The notes beneath the pieces are model-generated. The model was not told the origin of the DNA. It made no database searches and was given only the letters and a program-made list of their open reading frames with translations. Below, piece after piece: positions 58,091 to 64,000 of a stretch of 64,000 bases of DNA (positions are counted from its first letter, which is position 1; each line of letters opens with the position of its first letter). The DNA is taken from the NCBI GenBank assembly GCA_965208575.1, contig CBDBOV010000006.1:1-64000 (forward strand). The letters run 5' to 3'. Made by a program: the position numbers and the translations under genes. The stretch is from Spirochaetia bacterium. Its GTDB lineage: Bacteria; Spirochaetota; Spirochaetia; SZUA-6; Bin103.

Positions 58091-60075
58091 CCGAAGTTCC
58101 AGAGGGGGATGAGCGCACTTAATTCTTTGCTACGGAGATAATTATGGTCATTTCGGGAGGGTCAAAATGTGCAAAGTGTAGCCACTAAATAATGTGATAA
58201 TGGTTGACAATCATCCCTCATTGAGTTATTCTATCCGCAATGCCAACCAGAAACGGCCCTGTCCACGTAGCCACCACCTCCCGCCGCTACAAAGACAAAA
58301 CCTACCGCACCCATCTGCTCCGCAGAACCTTCCGCCAGGACGGCAAGGTCTGCCACGAAACCCTCGGCAACATCTCCCACCTCCCAGACCACGTCATCGA
58401 TCTCGTCCGCAGAGCCCTCAAAGGCGAGTCCCTCGTCAATCCCGAGGCCGCCTTCCGTTGCCTGCGCAGCCTCCCCCATGGTCACGTCGCCGCCGTCCTC
58501 GGTTCCCTCAAGGATCTCGCCCTGCACACTCTCATCGCTCGTCCCGCCTCCCGCCAGCGCGACCTGGTCGTCGCCATGATCGTCGCTCGCGTCGTCGACG
58601 CTCGCTCCAAACTCGCCACCGCCCGCGGCCTCAACCCCGAAAGCGCCGTCTCCTCCCTCGGCCACCTGCTGCAGTTGGGAGCCGTCGACGAGAATGAGTT
58701 GTACGCCGCCATGGACTGGCTGCTCGCTCGCCAGCACGGCATCGAAAAGCGCTTGGCCAAGCGCCATCTGCATGACAACACGCTCATGTTGTACGACCTC
58801 ACTTCCAGCTACTTCCATGGCCACACCTGCCCGTTGGTGCGCCGTGGTCACAGCCGCGACGGCAAACGCGGCACCTTGCAGATCGTGTTCGGCCTGCTGT
58901 GTACCGCCGACGGCTGTCCCATCGCCGTCGAGGTATTCGAGGGCTCCACCAGTGACCCCAAGACGGTCGCCGCTCAGGTCGACAAGATTCGCAACCGTTT
59001 CGGCTTGCAGCGCGTCGTGCTGGTCGGCGACCGCGGCATGCTCACCGGCGCGCGCATCCGCGAGGACCTGCAGGGGATCGACGGCCTGCGCTGGATCACG
59101 ACCCTGCGGGCGCCCACCATCCGCAAGCTGATCAAGGCCGGTGAATTGGCGCAGACCATGTTCGACGAGCGTGATCTGGCGGAGATCAGCTCACCCGACT
59201 TCCCCGGCGAGCGGCTGATCGTGTGCCGCAACCCGATACTGGCCGAGCAACGACAGCGCAAAAGGCAGAAGTTGCTGGCCGCCACGGAGAAGGAGTTGCT
59301 GCCGATCGTGACGGCCACGCAGCGCACCAAAGAGCCGCTGCGCGGCGCCGCCGCGATCGGCCTGCGCGTGGGCAAGGTGATCAACCACTACAAGGTGGGC
59401 AAGCACTTCACCACCTCCATCACCGACGACTCGTTCTCATTCGCGCGTGACCTGGACAAGATCGCGGCCGAGGAAGAACTGGACGGGCTCTACATCGTGC
59501 GCTCCAACGTGGAGCCGGAACTGTTCGACGCCGAGCAGACGGTGACGGCGTACAAGGACCTGGCCAAGGTGGAGCGTGCCTTCCGCAGCATGAAGACGGT
59601 GGATCTGAAGGTGCGACCGATCTACCACCGCAGCGCAGACCGGGTGCGGTCGCACGTGTTCCTGTGCATGCTGGCCTACTACGTGGAGTGGCACATGCGC
59701 AGCAAGCTGGCGCCGGTGCTGTTCGACGACCACGATCCCGCCGCTGGCGAGCAGTTGCGCGAGTCGGTGGTGCAACCGGCGGAACGCTCACCGGCCGCAC
59801 ACCGGAAGGCGGCCAGCAAGCGCACCGACGACGGTCTGCCGGTGCACAGCTTTCGCAGCCTGATGAGCGAGTTGGGGACGCTGACGGTCAACGAAATGCA
59901 ACTTGCCGAGGGCGGGGGCACCTTCTCGTTGCCGACGCAGCCGACGCCGGTTCAGAAGCGCTGCTTCGAGTTACTGGAGGTATCGCCTCGGATGTAGCCA
60001 CGGAAGGCACATCTACTTTTTTCGCAACTGATGACTATAAAACGACTTAAGAAGAATCCTACCCTGGAACTTCGG
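58091..60075 (+). mobile_element. IS1634 family insertion sequence
   Basis: Perfect 12-bp IRs CCGAAGTTCCAG / CTGGAACTTCGG; 6-bp target duplication GTTAAT (58085-58090, 60076-60081). Confidence 0.92.
58240..59997 (+). CDS. IS1634 family transposase
   Basis: LYDLTSSYF, GHSRDGK, VGDRGM, YKDLAKVERAFRSMK and RPIYHR..RVRSHVFLCMLAY. Confidence 0.93.
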   Translation: MPTRNGPVHVATTSRRYKDKTYRTHLLRRTFRQDGKVCHETLGNISHLPDHVIDLVRRALKGESLVNPEAAFRCLRSLPHGHVAAVLGSLKDLALHTLIARPASRQRDLVVAMIVARVVDARSKLATARGLNPESAVSSLGHLLQLGAVDENELYAAMDWLLARQHGIEKRLAKRHLHDNTLMLYDLTSSYFHGHTCPLVRRGHSRDGKRGTLQIVFGLLCTADGCPIAVEVFEGSTSDPKTVAAQVDKIRNRFGLQRVVLVGDRGMLTGARIREDLQGIDGLRWITTLRAPTIRKLIKAGELAQTMFDERDLAEISSPDFPGERLIVCRNPILAEQRQRKRQKLLAATEKELLPIVTATQRTKEPLRGAAAIGLRVGKVINHYKVGKHFTTSITDDSFSFARDLDKIAAEEELDGLYIVRSNVEPELFDAEQTVTAYKDLAKVERAFRSMKTVDLKVRPIYHRSADRVRSHVFLCMLAYYVEWHMRSKLAPVLFDDHDPAAGEQLRESVVQPAERSPAAHRKAASKRTDDGLPVHSFRSLMSELGTLTVNEMQLAEGGGTFSLPTQPTPVQKRCFELLEVSPRM

Positions 60076-60510
60076 GTTAATGAGCGTTCCGGGCCGACGC
60101 GCTTCACCCTATGCTGTTCCAAGAACCGCGGCGCGCTGCGCCACGCGAGGCGGGTTTCTTTGCTCTCGTCGCAGGTGTGAACGGAATCGCGAGGCGAATA
60201 CAGACCACGCGAATCGTTCGTCGCCAGCGGCTCGCCAGCACACGCGTCGACGTTTCCGGATCTGAATAGTCCCGTGCCAAGAACCCCAGTCACACCCACA
60301 GTCTGCACGAAATCCTCAGTTCCGCCTAGTCTGGCAGCTAAGCTACTTCGGCTCGGCTTCCCGTCCGAAATGCGTTCCAGGGGCAGTGTCCTCTATGACG
60401 GCATTGCACCCCACTGGCACGGTACCTAGTCCCCACGCGGCCGCTCTGTTATCTCGAACGGCTCGGGTTCCGGTCCGAGCCCACCTACGAACGTACTTGA
60501 GTGACCGAAT

Positions 60511-62472
60511 CTATCTTACATCCTTAGGTTTTCGACTATACCTCGATAGATATTTTTCAACATACTTCGCACGCAACTGGCAAAAGCTCTTCCGGAATGT
60601 GAAACCCTTCCCGAAACTTAGAAATCCAATCAACAAAGCCACCGCTGCCGAAATAATCCAGGCCATTGGCTCGACCATAATCCCCGCGGCACCTGAAACA
60701 ACCAATAGAACGGCCATCCCGACTGCGATTATCGAATTCAGCACCGTAGCCCACCGAGACCCATAGTCGTAAGCGGCTTCCGTGATCGCGTTCGCGGCAG
60801 CGTCACGCTCCTGTTCAGCCTTCTTACGCCTTGCGTCGATTTCATCGCTTCTCAACTCGACTTCCCTCAATCTCCTCCTCATCTCGCCGCGGATGCCGTC
60901 CTTCAATCCCTCCAGCACCTCAAATGCGGTATCGCTGGTGACGGCTTCTGGATCGCTGAGAGTCTTCTCCGACAAGAGATCCTTCGTCACAGAAGACATC
61001 GTCAGTAGGATATAGTCATCTCCACCGATTCGTCCCTCGTCTCGAAGTCGACGCGCGACGCGCACGATCTTACTCTCTAGGGCTGCATCAGGAGCCATCG
61101 CTGCATAGCACTCTGCAACAAGCCTACTGCGATAAGAAGCCCTCGCCTTTTGTGGTGAGTCAACCCACAATAGTGTGCCAAGAAAGACGTCAGTAACGCA
61201 TACGGGAACGAAACGCGACCCCGCTCGGCTGCCAAGGAGGTCCCGACTGGCGCGTGAGAGCGTCCAGTTATTGCTCAAGAAGACATGCTCCGCATCTTTC
61301 ATCAACACCGGTTGGACTCCGCCACGCAGCCGAGCAACAGCAGCAAGTGAAGCAACGTCCCTAAGCACCCGGTCGCGATGCATGTCTCTATCGAATCCCA
61401 AATCCGATTCGTGATAGAGATTCTCGATGACCCGCTCAATCCGGCCCTCATCAATCTGATGCTCTCGACTCTCGACATAAGGGTGATCTCGGTACACCTC
61501 AATTCCATGTGCACTAAGCGTGTCATCTAGTCGCAAAATAAACATCTCTATCCGAGAATCGCTAAATCCCTGTTGCCTAAAATAGAGCGAGGTACGGCTC
61601 GCCAGTTGGGGGTCGAAGTCCACTCTTCCAACCCAGGACCGCGCCCACTCAAGAATCTGAAGTGATTCTTGTCTTGTGTGCTCGAAGATCCACAGCTTCG
61701 CTCCTCTTTCACGCATTTCGGAAATTAGCTGTACGAATGTAGCAGCCTGCTCTTTTCCCGATGTTCCTATCAGCCGTAAGATGATGGGCGTGTCGATATA
61801 GACATTCACGTTCCGAACTGTGTCGCTTCTATAGTCGTATCCATCGTGGAGAATAGCGGACGTTATCATATTCCCCAATGCCATATCGCACAGAGTTCGA
61901 AAGTCTGCCGGATTCGCCTCATAAGCACTCATCACAAATCGGCTGAACATATAGACGACCGGCCTGTTCCTACGTCCTTTTGGTCGCTCTGGTAGTGCTG
62001 ATCGCGGTCCATCGTGTGAAATCAAGATCTCGATGTCAAATCGATGAAGGAAGTCCAACATTGCCATCTCCGCAATATCAGCGTCGATCGTTTCTTGGTA
62101 CGTTGTCTGAGCGTATTCTATGAAACCTTGCATAAGCGCTCGTTCCTTCCTAATGTAGGAATCTCGCTTCTGGGAAATGGAAAGGCCACTGGCTTTCTCA
62201 GCACTAACAGTGAAGCCGTGATCGGAACGGGTAAGAAGTCCCCGTCGGACGCACCGATTCAGGATGTACAACATCGGGAAATAAGGCAATGTGAGTCCGA
62301 ATTCCTCTTCAAACTGCCCGCATATCCATTGTATATCATCCCGCTCGAATCGACATATATTCCGCGCTCCTAGCAACGTCGCTAAGAACGGTACAAACGT
62401 GTCGATATAATCCTGTTTACGTTGGTCCCATAACGCAGTAGCGACCGCGAGCGACACAAGTGATCTATGCAC
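60511..62472 (-). CDS. Hypothetical protein, 653 aa: putative wHTH, PIN-like domain, coiled coil, two C-terminal TM helices
   Basis: Long ORF in lower-GC DNA; VYIDTPII, FEHTRQE, RDVASL and VFLSNN acidic pattern; two hydrophobic segments near the C-terminus. Confidence 0.8.
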   Translation of the reverse strand: MHRSLVSLAVATALWDQRKQDYIDTFVPFLATLLGARNICRFERDDIQWICGQFEEEFGLTLPYFPMLYILNRCVRRGLLTRSDHGFTVSAEKASGLSISQKRDSYIRKERALMQGFIEYAQTTYQETIDADIAEMAMLDFLHRFDIEILISHDGPRSALPERPKGRRNRPVVYMFSRFVMSAYEANPADFRTLCDMALGNMITSAILHDGYDYRSDTVRNVNVYIDTPIILRLIGTSGKEQAATFVQLISEMRERGAKLWIFEHTRQESLQILEWARSWVGRVDFDPQLASRTSLYFRQQGFSDSRIEMFILRLDDTLSAHGIEVYRDHPYVESREHQIDEGRIERVIENLYHESDLGFDRDMHRDRVLRDVASLAAVARLRGGVQPVLMKDAEHVFLSNNWTLSRASRDLLGSRAGSRFVPVCVTDVFLGTLLWVDSPQKARASYRSRLVAECYAAMAPDAALESKIVRVARRLRDEGRIGGDDYILLTMSSVTKDLLSEKTLSDPEAVTSDTAFEVLEGLKDGIRGEMRRRLREVELRSDEIDARRKKAEQERDAAANAITEAAYDYGSRWATVLNSIIAVGMAVLLVVSGAAGIMVEPMAWIISAAVALLIGFLSFGKGFTFRKSFCQLRAKYVEKYLSRYSRKPKDVR

Positions 62473-62782
62473 AACAATCCTCGGCCGTTGGTAACACGTG
62501 CAGCTCGATCTTGTACACCGCCTTAGGGTACCTTGACGAACGGGTGAGAATAAAGGCTCGATCGGATGAACTGTGTCTGTGACTAGACATGCAGGTCATA
62601 ATATCCTCCCCTCACCAGTCGTACCAGTCTTGAGGCAATTTCGCTGAAGCGGTCTGTGGGCCGATGAGCGGACGGTCATGCCAGAAAGCGCGTGTCTTGG
62701 ACGTTTGACGGCGTCGCTCGACACTCGCCGGGCGTGAATGACGACTGTATCGAGTGTGCTGAATGGAGGCCGCGAGGTGGCA

Positions 62783-63078
62783 TCAAGCCTCGTCCGCGGC
62801 TCGATAGCCGCTCGACGCGCAGATCGGGACAGAGCGGTCTCCCTGAGTAGCCGATGGGGATTGGGTTTCTCTTGGCGACCAGCGAGCGGTCGCCGGTCTG
62901 GTGGGTCTGACCAGACTCCGCAGGTTCTCAGGGTTGGTGGGCTCTGATGCGCCCAGGGCCTTCGCCAGCATGATCGTCAGCGCCATGGTGACGCGCAGTT
63001 GCATCTTCGCCAGCCCGCCGATGCCGGGTCGCTCGAACCCGAAGCCGCCAGCCAACCGGCTGTTGACCCGTTCCACGG
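62783..63078 (-). pseudogene. 3' fragment of a DDE transposase (IS4/IS5/IS1182-like)
   Basis: VERVNSRLAGGFGFE...GLAKMQLRVTMAL; cut at 63078 by the adjacent element. Confidence 0.65.
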
Positions 63079-63132
63079 TGTTGGGTCTCACGTAATTCTG
63101 CTGTTTTTTCGCACGGTAATCTGGACACCATA

Positions 63133-63447
63133 TTATTCTGCACCGGGTTGCCGGTGGCCGCGGGCGAGATCTCCTGTCGGTGGTGCTGAGGGGTCCTCAG
63201 GAGATTGTCTCAGGAAGCCGAGAACGGCAGGATGTTTGAGAGAGAGTTCCTGTTCGACGAGAGTCAGCTTGACGGGTGAGTTCTGGAACACGGCGCGCAG
63301 CATGTCGGTGAAGTTGTGCAGCACCATGGCGCCCCAGATGTCATCACGGAAATACACGAAGTAGGTGGCGCGACCGGCGAACGTCCTGGCGTAGGCGAAG
63401 TATTCGCGGTCGCTGCCGGCGATTTTTCTGATAGCGACGTTGATCAC
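63133..63447 (-). CDS. Small hypothetical protein downstream of the transposon ATPase
   Basis: 104-aa ORF 10 bp after the ATPase stop, with plausible composition. Confidence 0.6.
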   Translation of the reverse strand: MINVAIRKIAGSDREYFAYARTFAGRATYFVYFRDDIWGAMVLHNFTDMLRAVFQNSPVKLTLVEQELSLKHPAVLGFLRQSPEDPSAPPTGDLARGHRQPGAE

Positions 63448-63456
63448 GGAACCGAC

Positions 63457-64000
63457 CTACAGAATCTCGGTGGCAGCGAGCCGGACATGCTCGGCGGCGA
63501 CCACCGAGCAATGCTCGCGAGCGGCCGCCATGAGGGCGCCGCGGGCGAGATGATTGGCGCGCCGCAGGAGCCCGCCGGAGCCCTGATGGATGGCGACGGC
63601 GGCTTCGTCGCTGAGCAGGTCGGCGCTGCGCCGCGCTGTGGCGGACTGGGTGTCCCGCCCGGCGGCGAGCTGCAGATGGTGGTCGAGGTAGCCGCGCATG
63701 TCATCAAGGGAGAGAGCATCGAGGTGGCTGCGGCCCACGACCCGTGAGGCGAGCGGGCGCGAGGTATGGAACAACAGGCGGTCAAGCAGGCTGCTCTGGC
63801 CGGCCAGCACCATCGGCATCAAGGTCTGCGAATCGAAGGCGAACTGAGTGAGAGTGTGGAGCTGTGCGAACACCTCGAAGCGGAGCAGATGTGCCTCGTC
63901 GACGACCAGCAACGGGGTCTGCTTCTTGCGCCTGATGTCGGTCAGCAGGTCGCGCACGGTGCGGCTGAGGACGGCCAGTGAGGAGCGCGGGGGGGTGCCC
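63457..64000 (-). CDS. ExeA/TniB-like AAA ATPase (partial, 5' end outside window)
   Basis: Walker B LLVVDEAHLL, MVLAGQ, LASRV and IHQGSGGLLRRAN. Confidence 0.85.
   Translation of the reverse strand, partial: GTPPRSSLAVLSRTVRDLLTDIRRKKQTPLLVVDEAHLLRFEVFAQLHTLTQFAFDSQTLMPMVLAGQSSLLDRLLFHTSRPLASRVVGRSHLDALSLDDMRGYLDHHLQLAAGRDTQSATARRSADLLSDEAAVAIHQGSGGLLRRANHLARGALMAAAREHCSVVAAEHVRLAATEIL

Larger units (their letters stand above)
63079..64000 (-). mobile_element. Downstream end of an ExeA/AAA-ATPase-encoding transposon (continues beyond window)
   Basis: Terminal TGT at 63079 followed by repeated CTCACGTAAT / CGCACGGTAAT boxes; interrupts a transposase. Confidence 0.6.

Noticed and set aside
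60082-60510. Short ORFs between IS1634 and the 653-aa gene
   Set aside because: No recognisable motifs or RBS; probably degraded sequence.

Overview
High-GC bacterial chromosomal window. The style of the ABC binding proteins and the gene repertoire suggest a host-associated spirochaete such as a sponge symbiont, which is inference only. (1) 1-3756: a DDE/rve (ISNCY-like) insertion element carrying a second, decayed transposase between 64-bp hairpin-containing direct repeats. It has inserted 9 codons into a surface-protein gene. (2) 3757-17600: a tandem array of giant Sec-signal / SwmB-Ig-like repeat / Calx-beta / beta-barrel (autotransporter-like) genes of 1521 aa and 3011 aa, plus the decapitated start of a third copy and a 3'-end vestige of a fourth. 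Leaders and the last ~2.1 kb are nearly identical, the passengers are shuffled, and one SwmB-type domain has antibody-like hypervariable loops on a conserved framework. This is the best candidate for an undescribed system. (3) 18000-57000: catabolic and transport genes (three ABC systems without ATPases, TPP enzyme, ADC-family protein, acyl-CoA ligase, thiolase, PhyH, GH51, sterol desaturase, four Gfo/Idh/MocA), interleaved with toxin-antitoxin modules (most toxins broken or lost), Fic, AAA-nuclease genes, IS1380 and a MITE-like element. (4) 57000-64000: a lower-GC, defence-like and mobile island with HIRAN plus a HipA-like remnant, IS1634, a 653-aa wHTH-PIN-like-2TM protein and a nested ExeA-ATPase transposon. 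No rRNA, tRNA, CRISPR or reverse transcriptase was seen. All calls come from reading motifs by eye; no searches were run.
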